Origin: Bispira polyomma
Taxonomy: Eukaryota
Assembly: GCA_965649765.1 (NCBI GenBank)
Contig: OZ287755.1
Location: 67,518,001 to 67,582,000 of the forward strand
Direction of reading: 5' to 3'
Length of the DNA stretch: 64,000 bases
Shown here: in pieces, positions 1 through 12,423 of the stretch
Layout: each line of letters starts with the position of its first letter
Position numbering within the stretch: position 1 is the first letter of the stretch
Program-made: the position numbers and the translations under genes
The notes under the pieces: generated by a model
Database searches by the model: none
What the model was told of the DNA's origin: nothing
What the model saw: the letters and a program-made list of their open reading frames with translations, nothing else

Positions 1-244
1 CTGCCTCTTGGTATTTGTTCTCTTTGGTCTAGTGAAGGGTTCTCTCAAAGAAATACACTGGTCTTGCAAATTTGGCTACATTCTTAATTAGGTATATAGC
101 ATACATTAATATATATATAGTCTAATATATAGTAAACACAGTTTTTCTCATATATTTTTAAGGAAATTATCGTGAATTGAATGGTGTGCTTTTTTGTTTA
201 TTACAATGAAACATGTCATACAATATTACTTCTTAATTGCAATA

Positions 245-495
245 GGGGCCGCGGTGGCCTAGTGGTTAGCAAGCATTGTGCTTCACAATCACTGGTCTCT
301 CACCTCTGGGCGGCGTGAGTTCGAATCCCGTCGATGCCTATTTGGGAAAGGTGGTAGTTCCTTACTGTGGGCCGCTGGTTTCTCTGCACAACCTTGACCG
401 ATTGTATGCAGTGTTTCCTCCAGCGTTTCCAACTACCCGTCCCAATATAACCTACTAAAAGATACTAGAGTGGACGTTAAATATCCAAATTCAAA
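245..495 (+). mobile_element. tRNA-derived SINE, family 1, full length with TSD
   Basis: GGGGCC start, A box tggcctagtgg, B box gttcgaatccc, caaatt tail. 15-bp TSD ttcttaattgcaata at 230-244 and 496-510. Empty site in copy C near 46755. Confidence 0.92.
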
Positions 496-2199
496 TTCTT
501 AATTGCAATAACATCTCTGAATTGGTTTAATTTAAAATAAACCACAATAGTACACATTTATATGTTGATATGTATAGTCAGACATGTCTTAAGATAAATT
601 GATGTATGGAATACTAAACAGGTGAATATGGCACGTTAAAATAACAACATATGATGAGAAAGTGAGATATTGAAAAAAAACCACTATGATTTTCATGATA
701 TGCAAATGATAGCATTTTTAGAAAACAGGCACATTCCGCCTGATGACAAAGATATTCTAAATAAAACAAAAAAAAAACTTTTGTAAGATGGACAGCTTTG
801 CTATGCTGCCCGGTTCTTGTAGTTGAAGCACTTCAATTAATGGGTATGTACTAACATCATGTAAACCAAACAGCAACAATAACACCTTGTTTACATACAT
901 GCTTTGTAGACCTCCCTTATATGACTCACACTTGGGACATCTAAATCACAGAAAACATTCCACAGTAGATCATTAATAAATAATGCCATATTATAAACAA
1001 CTTACAAGTTTTCCCATCATTAGTACATTTTTTACTTATTTACTACAATATACAAAACTGTTGCAAATGGTAATCACAGCAAGGTGTATAACATTTACCA
1101 TAATTTTATCATTGGGATTCCGAGATAAGCAGGAATTTGAATAATGAATTGATGAACATCCTTCTTACTGGGAAACACACCTCTTATTCAGTCACCTGGA
1201 ACTACAGGTCCAACAAATCAGTAAGAAATCAGATTTTAAAATATATCAATTTCATTTATTATGCAATGTCAACTTCATATATAATACACAACACTAACAA
1301 TTATATATAATGTCACTATAATAAAATTGCTCAACTACGTCAATAGATAGCCAATCTGGTAATTTTAGTTAATAAACGTCTTTTAAAAGAGATACAAGTG
1401 CACAGTGTGACAAATATTAAGCTGACACCCCTTCAGTTTGGCTAGGTCAATTGCTTCCAACCAATCCTGACATAATATTTCCAACATAGCAGTGATTTCC
1501 AACATGGCCAAGCCCTTTTTAGAGTGAAAACAATGTCAGGCTGCTCCTAATATAAAAATAAAAACTATTATTTTCCAAAGTTGTTTCAGTCACTGTCATT
1601 TTGATAATGCCTGATTTGGATGCAATTAGGACAGTCATTAATATTGGTCATCATATACCGTGGACTGAGTTTTTCATTGCTGATTTGTGGCTTTTCGTAG
1701 TCACATCACACCTGTACTGTTGTATGTGTATCTTGTCTTTATATATATGTGGTATCTTATCAAATGTCTCAAGTTACATCAATTTATGTCAGTAAAGTTT
1801 GATGATGGTAAAGTTTGTGTTTTGTCACAAATTTTAAGTGCCTCACCCACTGTTTAATTGGTGCATATTAGATGCTTTTCTTTCGGGATTAAGTCCTTGC
1901 GAATAGGCTCCGGTGAAATACAATCCAAATAAAAATGTATACTAGTAATCGGTTTTGTGAAGTTAGCAATAATATGTAAAGCCAAGAGAAACAGCCAATC
2001 AGATTGCAACAAGTCACTGAGCACAAAATGTTCACAATATTTTTGCACAAAATGTTCACAATATTTTTGCGTAAAGTGGTCAATGAATCAGAAAATGTGC
2101 TTAACATCCTTAAAAAGTGCTCAATACTTAGCCACTCAAATACAACATATTGATACCATCAGATTCGCTTGAATGGAGATTTTACACGAAAACCCTTAC

Positions 2200-2258
2200 A
2201 TCTTGTGTCAATGAGGAAGTCCTTTGATGGCTTGATTCAACTCTTCCTCCTCATCCGA
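2200..2258 (-). pseudogene. Exon-like remnant with UIM-like peptide DEEEELNQAIK
   Basis: Minus translation DEEEELNQAIKGL, followed by a gtaagg donor at 2199. Homologues near 24440-24490 and 49062-49130 are disrupted. Confidence 0.3.
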
Positions 2259-3454
2259 TCAGACAAAAAATAGAGAAATTTCTAGTTTAGAAATGGTTGT
2301 TGCAGTTCGGATCTGATGGGTATATAGGGACATTATATATTTTTATTATTCGAAAAATTTCTTTTGAATCATACTGCACCAGATACAGTTAGCAAAGCCC
2401 TTTACATACTGTTTTAAATAAAAGGAAAAAAACAGATTTGGCAGTAATTTTTCCACCCATTTTTCTATCAAACATTCTATTCAGTATTTCTATATAAATA
2501 TTGTTGCTATGGTCCCATTTCAGCCCTATAATCTAGATAATTTGCTCTAACCCAATAAGCACTGTCTGGCAAAAAGTTTTCTTGTCATGTTTGATTTGTT
2601 TCATGAATTATGCATATACTTACCCATGATTAATATCAAATTGACAACATAAAACTGACATTGACATAGACAAGTTAAAGCATCCCAGACCAGGGGCCAA
2701 TATTATGGAAATAAGGGGCCGTTTGACACAAACATTTTAGTATCCTTCATGTACATTATGTAACTGCTATGACTCTTTTTGTCTTTCTCAACCTGTTCAC
2801 TTCAGTATCTCTTATGTAGTCTGAATTTGAATTTTGTGGGCATTTACGTCACTTTTAACAGCTTAGGTCATATCATGATTACCAGATTAAATGATGTAAA
2901 AACTATTGAAACACTGCAAACCACGGCCAAGTACCTAAAAAACTTTCAGCCCCTGTTACGTATCTGGAAGCAACATTTTTATCTTGCACCTGCAGGAACA
3001 AGACTGTCATCTGTTCTTATCACAAACATTATTAATATGGCAAACTTTAGACTAAAAGGCACAAAATTCTATAACTTTGATCACATTTGGAAGAAACTTA
3101 GGAATACTTTTACAAGAACTTGAAAATATGGAAAAAAAAACACTCATGTGAAAGTTAGTAAAGTTACCTGAATAGGTTTTCTAGTTAACCAATAACAAAA
3201 GTGTTAAATTTTTTGTATTTTGTGTGGTCAAAACTAAGCATTAGGAGAAATCTCTCCTTATCTATACTAAAAATATCCTTTTTAATAATCTTTTTTAAAC
3301 ATTTGTCTGCTCTTACATATGTGTGCTATTGTATATAAATATCAGTGAAAATTCATGTTCTCAAGAAAGTAGTTTAAAATTAAAATCTGCTGTCGATTTC
3401 TACCTATATAACAGACACAAAAAATATTCTATTGCACTTTGTTGCTGATTTTCA

Positions 3455-3745
3455 GAGCGACTCAGAATTCTGTAGAGAAAATAGGTGATGTGTTGCAAGT
3501 CTAAGTAGAGGGTATCTAAAGAATTAAACAATGCAGGCACCATCATGGACTGCTGGCAGCAGAAGCTGAGAGACTCTTTATATTTGTATTCACTGCATGT
3601 CACAATCAAACAAGGCTCAGGATATCAAATATATGACGATTTTAAAGAGCAGAAACATGTCCTAAATAGCAAATTGTCTTCACAATGGATTGCTGTGGTT
3701 ATATATTTTGATGATTTGTTTTTATCCACTGACAAGCCAATTTAA
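3455..3745 (+). pseudogene. Decayed coding-like segment of unknown family, present in all three copies
   Basis: The three copies (3455-3745, 25485-25780, 50370-50600) combine to EKIGDVLQVKVGVSKELNYADTILHCWQQKLRDSLYLYSLHVTIKQGLGYQIYEDFREQFFPGETCPK, with stops and frameshifts. Copy A has an upstream ttttcag acceptor. Confidence 0.4.
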
Positions 3746-4471
3746 ATTTAACTATTTTATGTAAATATCAGCACTGAAAAATCATTTCCGGTAATTTGGA
3801 TTGTGTTGTTTTGACTAATTTTGTGTAAAATAATAATTTCTATATTAAATTATGATATTGAACAAACCTATTTCGATTAGTTTAGCTTTGTTGGGTTTAA
3901 TATCACATTCAACACTTGTGTGCTATATTACCTCATGCAGTCTATTTGGCAAGGAAACCATTGCATGTCAGTTCAAGGTGTATGTACTATATACAACTGG
4001 CCATTTTGTAGGTTTTCTGCCATAAGCATGTTGTGGCTAAGACTCAACCCCATTCTTACAGAGGTTGGTGACGAGAGGTAATAGAGGTAGCACTTACGTG
4101 GGTGGCTTATCTCCCTCCCTACTGGTTGTAAAAATGTAGAATTAAGAATATCTTTCAATGAAAGAGAATTCGTACTGAGCACAAAGTATATTTAAACAGT
4201 TTTAATGAAAAATGGTCACCCAACCTCTTCTTACTAGAATTAAACCATGGCTCTTATGTATGAAATTAAGCTAATTTTATATGTAAAACTTAAATCGCTC
4301 AAACAGAAGCTTTCCTTATCAACTGGATTCACTTAGACATGTCACTATTCATTCAGAACTTTTAGCAGGGAATTTCAAATCGACTATCCAATTGGGTTGC
4401 ACGAAGACATATCACAACATACTTTTGAGATCATGATGAGTTTAATTTTAAACCTTGTCACAAAGATGGTC

Positions 4472-4545
4472 CTAGAGGTAATTAACCCAGGGCTGGCCGC
4501 AGAACTCTCCCTCCACTTCAAACAATGTCTCACTAACACACAGTT
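4472..4545 (-). pseudogene. Exon (E)LCVSETLF(E/D)VEGEFCGQPWVNYL*; homologues at 26517-26590 and 51346-51419
   Basis: AG acceptor in all three copies. Of 8 nucleotide differences among copies before the TAG, 6 are at third codon positions and 5 are synonymous in the minus frame. Confidence 0.55.
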
Positions 4546-5125
4546 CTAATAGAACTAGTTAAACCAAGCAACTCTCAAATCAAAAGATCATGTTTCTTCT
4601 TATTATAAAAGCACACACATTCTGCCCAGGTCTTCCCTTTGTCTATAACAGACTCATTTGTTATAATGTTTGATTATACCTCTTATTGTTTACATTGATT
4701 TCTATATTGTCTCCCCCACTTTCCAAACCTTTCTTGTATCAGCCTTTTATTATGGTTATGTGTAATCAAACTCACCCTAAACATGGGAGTTGCCACCCTG
4801 ACAACACTGCACTATAAATCTGTGAAAAGTTATAACTGACTGTTTTTGCACATGTAGTAATGTTTTTTTTATCAGGCACAGCTTGATTTTATATTTGAAA
4901 AGGGCATCGCCATCTTAGAAATAATATGTAAAGACTTCATGGATTGGTTGGAAGCAATTGACCTGTCCAAACTGAGGGCTGTCACGTTCATATTATCAGT
5001 CAATTATCAGGCAATTTATGATAATTGAAATTGATAATGAGAAGTTTATGAGAATTAATTAGTGCAAACTGTCTCTTATACAGCAATGATATAAAAGTTT
5101 CAGAATACTTACATTTGCTCATATT

Positions 5126-5925
5126 TGGTAGGCAGCGCCCCGGCGCTGGCGTTTTCAGTTCACAGGGTACTAGTCTGAAGCAGCCAATTGACCTCGTTGC
5201 GGCTTACTATAAAAGATGGAGCATTTTAAATTCTCCCGCCTTTCTTATTTTCATTTACTAGAAACAACTTCAAAACAATAGGCTTGGCGGTTGGCGGTTG
5301 AAATTTGAATTTGTGTGGATGTGCTTGGATATTTTACCTATTTTAGTGTTTTAATTTCAGATTGTATTTCTATGTTCACAATGCCAAGTATTAATGATTT
5401 TAGTTGTTCCAAGTGTGGAGGAAAACATGAAAGGCCAGTCGGTAGAAAATGTATATATTTTGTTGCACCTGAGGAATCCGTGGCTGTCGCCGGCTCCAGT
5501 AAAGCTTCTGTCTCCTCTCCAGGCGATCTTATTTCTGGACAAATTTTGACACAGTTGCACTCCATGGCTGAAATGATGTCCAAGTTATGACGACCTCACT
5601 CTGAGCCAGTGGGTTTGTGGTTTTACTAGGATAGTACAAGATAAGAAATCCCCGGAAATTCGAGAGATAATGTTGGAATACATGCTCCACGATGGAGATG
5701 GACAAACTCAAGTGGACAGAAGTCGATAAGATAGATCGTTTAAGAAGGGCGCACACCCAAAGGCACAGTGCTGGTAGTAGCAGTCAGGGAAGTAGCAAAA
5801 ATAGTGCTAAGTCATCAGCTAGTGGTAAACAAAATTCTGCGAATTGCAAATTTTTTCAAGAAGGCACGTGTAAGCATCAACATAACCATAAGACTGGCAC
5901 TACATATTTCCGACGTGTGTGTGCT
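5126..5925 (+). mobile_element. Ngaro/DIRS-type YR retrotransposon 5' fragment (gag only, internally deleted)
   Basis: CSKCGGKHERPVGRKC N-terminal Zn motif, LTLSQWVCGF, and the CCCH finger CKFFQEGTCKHQHNH resemble the gag of the other two elements. Occupies the place of copy-B 27199-28300. Confidence 0.75.
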
Positions 5926-7349
5926 TGATTACAAACATAGATTCTTGAAGTAACAAATGCCTTTGGCTGTTTGAAAGGGTTAACCAGTATGACACATTAT
6001 TTAAGACAATTTTAGCTGACAATATGGGAATAAAATAAAGGGTGATATGAAGACATAAAGTATGTAAACTGGTGGTGTGAGGTTATTATTCTGTAATTAT
6101 ACACAATCACTGATGGTTAATGGATTGTCATCAAGTTGGTTCAGAAACAAATATTTTCAGTCATAGCAACAGAAAACGAACACCAAGATTAAAATAGCAA
6201 ATATGTTCATGAAGACAAGTACAATCTAGATATATTGTGTCAATTATTTTAAGTCCTATTTATAACTAATCCAAATGAAGGTTCTGTTTTGTTATTTCTT
6301 TTGGCGCTTTTGCTCTACATAAACTGCCTTTTAAAATTGCAGCAAAAAAGCAACAAATTTATAAAGAGATCTCAAAATGAGTAATGATAATCACATCACT
6401 GAATCATGGGAAGAGTAGAATGATGGCATTGTTTTTCTCAGAAGATTTTATTATGGAATCATGTTTTCTATTGTATATTTTTTAATAACGTCTCTGTTAT
6501 AATAAATCTGAAGGGAAAACATTCAATGAAAAAGAGTTTCTGCTTTTTCTCATAAGGTATATTTACTAGTTTTTTTTAATATTTACAAAGACAGGTGGAT
6601 TTCAAATGTATATCTTTTAATGAACCAACATCTTTATGAAATAATTTCGAATATGTTCTTTTATCAACAAGAAATAATAATATCCTACAGACATCAGGTG
6701 ACACTTCAGTTTAATACCACGAATACCCACAGTAGATATAACAGTAGGTTCGTTAAAATGAGAATCAGGCTGTTAATGTAATGCTGATTTTTTTACCCAT
6801 CTCTAGGTTTCCTCTGTTCCTTTAGTTTGATATATTTATATATATTTTAAACAAAGGAACTCATAGTCTGTCTGTGTTGAGTACAAATTTGTTTTCAAAT
6901 AAGTCACTGTTGTTCAAGTTTCTTTAAAATTAATAAACCCCCTGGTATATTTTGAAAATTAATTCATTACTGAAGCCTTGTTCTGTACCTTGAAATAATT
7001 TAGTATTAATTTAAATTCTAGTGTATATTCTAGTAAATGTAGCAAGAAACCCATTTATTGTATTTTTCTTTATATTTTCATGTTTTTGTTTCGTATATAT
7101 TGTAGTATTACAATTATAGGCAATGCAGGAGTGTTTAAATTATTTACACATAACAACATTTTCCTTTTCAGTAAAATAAATATAACAGTATTTGAAAAAT
7201 ATATAAACCCATATGTATGTTTATAATTTATATGTAAAATATATGCTCTTAATTATATCAATTACAAATTGAGAAAACATGTAAATTGAATTTTAATTTG
7301 TCCACATTAGTTACATCAATAGTAAAGAGATATCAATGTTTTCAAACAC

Positions 7350-7799
7350 TACAGGTAAAATCCTCAAAGAGTTTCGTTTAATACATAGCAGTGTAATGCT
7401 TGTTTAATGCTAAATTTGTACATTTTCTAGCAAAATTGCAAATGTGTCTTTAAAATGCATCAGAAAAATATTTTTGTTCCACTATGTTTGATTGCAATCA
7501 CGGAGGGGAAAAATGTTATTTTTGGCGTGAACAGGGGGCTTCTCTGAAAATACAGGTAAAATCCTCAAAGAGTTTCGTTTTATACATAGCAGTGTAATGC
7601 TTGTTTAATGCTAAAATTTGCTTCGTTTTATACATAGCAGTGTAATGCTTGTTTAATGCTAAATTTGTACATTTTCTAGCAAAATTACAAATGTGTCTTT
7701 AAAATGCATCAGAAAAATATTTTTATTCCACTTTGTTTGATTGCAATCACGGAGGGGAAAAATGTTATTTTAGGCGTGAACAGGGGGCTTCTCTGAAAA
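7350..7799. repeat. Local ~200-bp tandem duplication with a nested ~40-bp re-duplication (copy A only)
   Basis: tacaggtaaaatcctcaaagagtttcg...ctctgaaaa at 7350-7550 and again at 7551-7799; single in copy B (~31110-31360). Confidence 0.9.
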
Positions 7800-7940
7800 T
7801 GATTGGTCCGGGAGAAGGGATCTGCTGAAATGTCACCAGGGAATGGGAATCATGGCCGATTGGGCTCTGTGTGGATTTCGGGGGGTTTATGGACAACAAT
7901 GAAGCTGACATGAAATTGTCATCACTAGTGTGTTAAAGGT
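7680..7940 (+). pseudogene. Decayed exon-like segment of unknown family (homologue ~31245-31505)
   Basis: ttttctag acceptor; reads ...FDCNHGGEKCYFRREQGASLKMIGPGEGIC*NVTREWESWPIGLCVDFGGFMDNNEADMKLSSL; GC-richer than its flanks. Confidence 0.35.
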
Positions 7941-8771
7941 GACTGTAGTTTTAGTATTTATGCTACATTTTATTGACAAGTGAACTATATAGCACAATCT
8001 AGATTAGGCCTTGTATCTAATGATGTATAATTTATTGAAAATGTCTGTTGTATGGTAACTTATTATAACTTAGTATTTTTTAGAATAATGTTATTTCAGG
8101 AGGCAAGGTGGGGTTGATCTTAACAAAAGAATGCTGTGTTGATAGATTCTACAAACACATGGTGATTGTTGAGGTATCAGTGAACTTCAAGGTTATTTCT
8201 TCTATATATTTTTTCATTGGATCTCTGTAATCTGCACTGAGGTACATAAACTGAATTTATGAGGCTTTATTAATGACATTAAGCGTAATGACACATGGCT
8301 GGGGCGCATAGAGTTAACATAGACTTAGTCAGAAAGAAAGAAAAACAAAAATGTTTGTGACTTGGGAAATTAGACCACAACAAATATAACAAACACACAT
8401 AAAAATCTGCCAATGGTATTTTGTTTTTGTGGAAAAATCATGACTTTAATTACAAACCTGATGAAAAAAAGATGACACCAAATGCCTTGTTCCATTTAAT
8501 GAGTAAAATAAATCAAGATTTACAGCATGTCCAGACTCTGGAAAATGTAGGAATCTTGAGGACAAAATTCCCCGACTGGACTAAGGCTTAAATGTGTCAG
8601 AAATCACAATAGTTTTTGAACCAATGTATATAGCCTTGCTGCACTGCGGTGTAGTGGCTAACACACCTGCTTCCCACTTCTAAGGTCGTGGGTTCGAATC
8701 TCAGTGACAGCTTTATGTAGGAAAGCTTGCAGATGTCTGGGGTTTTAGCGTCGCTTTCCACACATTGTATG

Positions 8772-9141
8772 TCACCTACAGTGACCAAAATAGTAAAATG
8801 TAAATTATTTGTATAACGTTAATAATAGCATGACCCCCTCCTTTGTTTCAAATTGTGAGGTTGTATACATTGATTGATTGATTGGGGTTTGTCATCTCAG
8901 TGACAGCTTTATGTAGGAAAGCTTGCAGATGTCTGGGGTTTTAGCGTCGCTTTCCACACATTGTATAGGTAAAACCCCAAACATCTGCAAGCTTTCCTAC
9001 ATAAAGCTGTCACTGAGATGACAAACCCCAATCAATCAATCAATGTATACAACCTCACAATTTGAAACAAAGGAGGGGGTCATGCTATTATTAACGTTAT
9101 ACAAATAATTTACATTTTACTATTTTGGTCACTGTAGGTGA
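8772..9141. repeat. 172-bp-arm inverted repeat (26-bp spacer) formed inside a SINE
   Basis: 8772-8943 is the reverse complement of 8970-9141 with one mismatch; 8698-8770 is also directly repeated at 8894-8966. Confidence 0.93.
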
Positions 9142-12100
9142 ATGTTTGCTATTGGAATGTAAAATGAATATAAATTATTTCCAAATAATAATAGATTATT
9201 TCTGACAAACGTCAGCCTTATGCAAGGATAAATAATCTCTCAATGTACTTTGTACATGTCACATTATGTAAGTTTGTGTTGTTTACAATACTGAGTCACA
9301 TCAAATATATGCCAAAATATAAAAGGTAAGAATGATAAGGATGTTACAAATGGCAGCAAGCAATGGGAAATATATGAGTTAAATATTTTGGGTATAGGAC
9401 ATAAAAAATGTGGGCGTGCTTGGTACCATTGATTGACATACGATTGTCATTTTAAGTAAGACATAGTGTAACCTAACTTCAAAGTAGAGAATTATCTGTT
9501 TAATTCCTGATAAACAAGTCTATGTTCTATACATCGTAAAATTTGAATTTAGTTGGGTTTTACGTTGCTTTAAAAGCTTAGGTCATATCACAAAGGTCAG
9601 ATTTGATGGTTGTAGAATCAAATGCGGAAGCAATATAAACCACCTACCTATGGCAACTACCTGACAAACTTTTAGATTTGAACCCACATTTGTGACATGG
9701 TGAGAGGCCAAGTGATTATGAAGCAGCTGCATTGTAAAATATCGATATATTATTTACAACTATAAGGCCACTCAGTAGAGTGCGTACCTCCGTCAAAGTG
9801 GTAAACTATGAAAAAAAACTGCAGGATTCGCCCTTCTACCCGGATCTAATATGGTCTGATCTAAGCCTTTACAGGTGCAATATCCAAATTAAAATAAGAA
9901 CTCAGTCAGCTAAAATCATTATCAAACTTCCTACATTGAGACACATGACAGGATTAGTAATCCAGAGAGAGATGTGACCATAGACAAGGCAATGCTGAGT
10001 AGGTTAGTCTAATGCAAGTCGGTCAATTTTAAGGAGCTTTCTGAACCAGGTAACAGAGGGGTTGGATTAAATGTAACCGTACATAATTGAAAAAAGAAGG
10101 ATAATAGCTAAAGAGGATAATAGCTAGAAGACCTAAGTGAATTACTTTTAGACTTGTGGAGGCGATGATGAAAATATGTAACCACCCTTTTAATTGCTCT
10201 TAACTGGTTATATTACAGTGGAACAATAAAAATATAGTTTCCGCAAGATTTTTACAATGACAGTTATAAAGAGAAGGCCAAGATGATCAAATTCAACAAT
10301 ATATTGCCACCTATCATGTCAACAACGCATAGTGCCTGTTACCCATTAACTACACGTATTATTATTCTTTTCATTATAAAACTGTTTTTTAGCGCTGATG
10401 TTCTTATTATGTACCATTCTAAGGCTCTGGGTTAAATGGTAGTCAGAATTCAAAAATCTTAATTGATGAAACAGAAAAAGAGTCACCAACAGAGGATCAA
10501 CTGGAAATCGGGGGGCAGCTAGGGAGGAAATGATGTCATTTGATTGTCATTTGTAGTGCAGTTAGATAGCTGGTAGGGCAAGTTGAGAAAAATTCATTAT
10601 TTTAATTGTTTTTTGGTGGGTTTCAGAATGTTGGATGTTATGGCAGTTGAATAATAGTGTTTTAAAAAGGCAAAAATGTACTTTAAAAATGATACTGTTT
10701 CATTCTATGCATGTTGAAATATCAATCCAGCAGGTGGTTAAAGCTAATACCTCCATTTAATATGAAAATGAGACTTGTAGCTGACACAAAAATTCAAGAC
10801 TAAATAGGTATCCCAGAGTTTTTTTAATCTATAGCACATTGTTAGGTAGCTGTGTACACAGCATTCGGAAGTTTATGTACAACCTTTACCTTGGCACCTA
10901 AACAAACAGCTTTCAAGTTTGTTCTGCAATCTATTTGTGTAGTCATTATTCTACCCCTTTCCTCATTAAAAAGGTGATGTTTATGGCATCAGTTGCAGAT
11001 ACTAAAATTACAAATCATCTGATGGCTTGGGTTTCACCACAACATAAGAAGAGTTTAAAGAGTCCTCTCTCTTTTGCGGTTTCAACCAATCAATACTTCT
11101 GTTACATTGTAACCTTCTGTTTTATATGATATTCATGTTCCTTTACCTTTTTATATTTTTCAACTTTTTTTTTCTTCATAAATATGATAGGAGGATTTTG
11201 TGTTGGTTTATTCTTCTCTTTACTGGGTTTATGTCATAGTAATAGCCGTCACCGAATACTTGGCGATAAAATGGCAACAAAAGGTAAAGACAGACCTTTT
11301 AGATGTTTCCCAAGCAGACAACATATTGTGTATGACATCTACAAAAGGTTTATGGGCCTGTCCCTGTGAGTAGTAGGCTATTTATGGTTAAATCTCTTTA
11401 AATGCCACACTCCAAAGCGAAAGACCGAGAGTCACATTTTAATTTCACATAAAGGTTTTTTTATGTTTTTTTTTTTATTTTACAGCATTTTGAGTATGGT
11501 GGGTATTTTTATCTAGTGTTTACTAAATACTGGATTAGGATATTGAAAATACCTAGTTATTAATATTTTAACTGAAAAAACCAATAGTAAAGTCCACAAA
11601 ATTATGAAACATTTCTCCCAGGTAAAAAGTACCACTACTTTTAAACCTATTACCCCTAAAAGCTAATATTTGTCTGACCACAGAACGAAAACGTGGTATG
11701 TTTTAACCTGTACTTACACTTTAAATTATAGTTAATAGAATATTTTTACCATATAGTAGTGACCGATCAGTTAAGTCATGTGTAGCAATCAATGCCAACC
11801 TTGTAAAAAATTTTAAAAAAAGTTTCTAAAATTAACCAAACACAAGTAATTATCATGTCAAATCAATTAGGATATATCATCATGTTTGCATTACCAAAAT
11901 TATATTTGAATTAAATTATTCTTATATCCACTGTTTTAATTAAGGTGGGTGCTGCGATTGGTACATAGGTGTTATAATGTCAGATAAACTTGCTATTCGT
12001 GGCTGCTAGGAGACATTTGTTGCCGCTACCAGTTGTTTATATAAACCTATCACCTCTAAAAGAAAAGATTTTAATATGCCCAAAAATATATATTTACACC

Positions 12101-12390
12101 TTAGTTTAGTTTTTACCTTGCTACTCTTCTTTCCTTCAGTAACCTTAAGAGAAAAAAGAGACTTTCTGTTTCCTCTGTAAAACCTGACAAGACTCCTGGA
12201 TCAAGAGCTTTCTAAGTTGCTCCCAAAGAACAGAACATTGGTGTCATTGATCTTTGTCTGACAATATATGTATGGTGAAAGCATGCTATAATTGTACTCT
12301 ACAAACCTATCACCTTTAAAAGCAAAAATGTAAATATCCCCAAATAACAAATCATTAGTATCATTGATATTGTTTACCTTAGACTTACAC

Positions 12391-12392
<2 letters not shown>

Positions 12393-12423
<31 letters not shown>

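Noticed and set aside
245-330. tRNA gene
   Set aside because: A and B boxes are present but there is no closing acceptor stem; it continues into a 250-bp body with tail and TSD and has three copies, so it is a SINE.
1854-2172. Overlapping short ORFs here and at 24037-24329
   Set aside because: No recognisable motifs; frames are not conserved between copies; the sequence (cagccaatcagattgc) looks like a non-autonomous repeat fragment.
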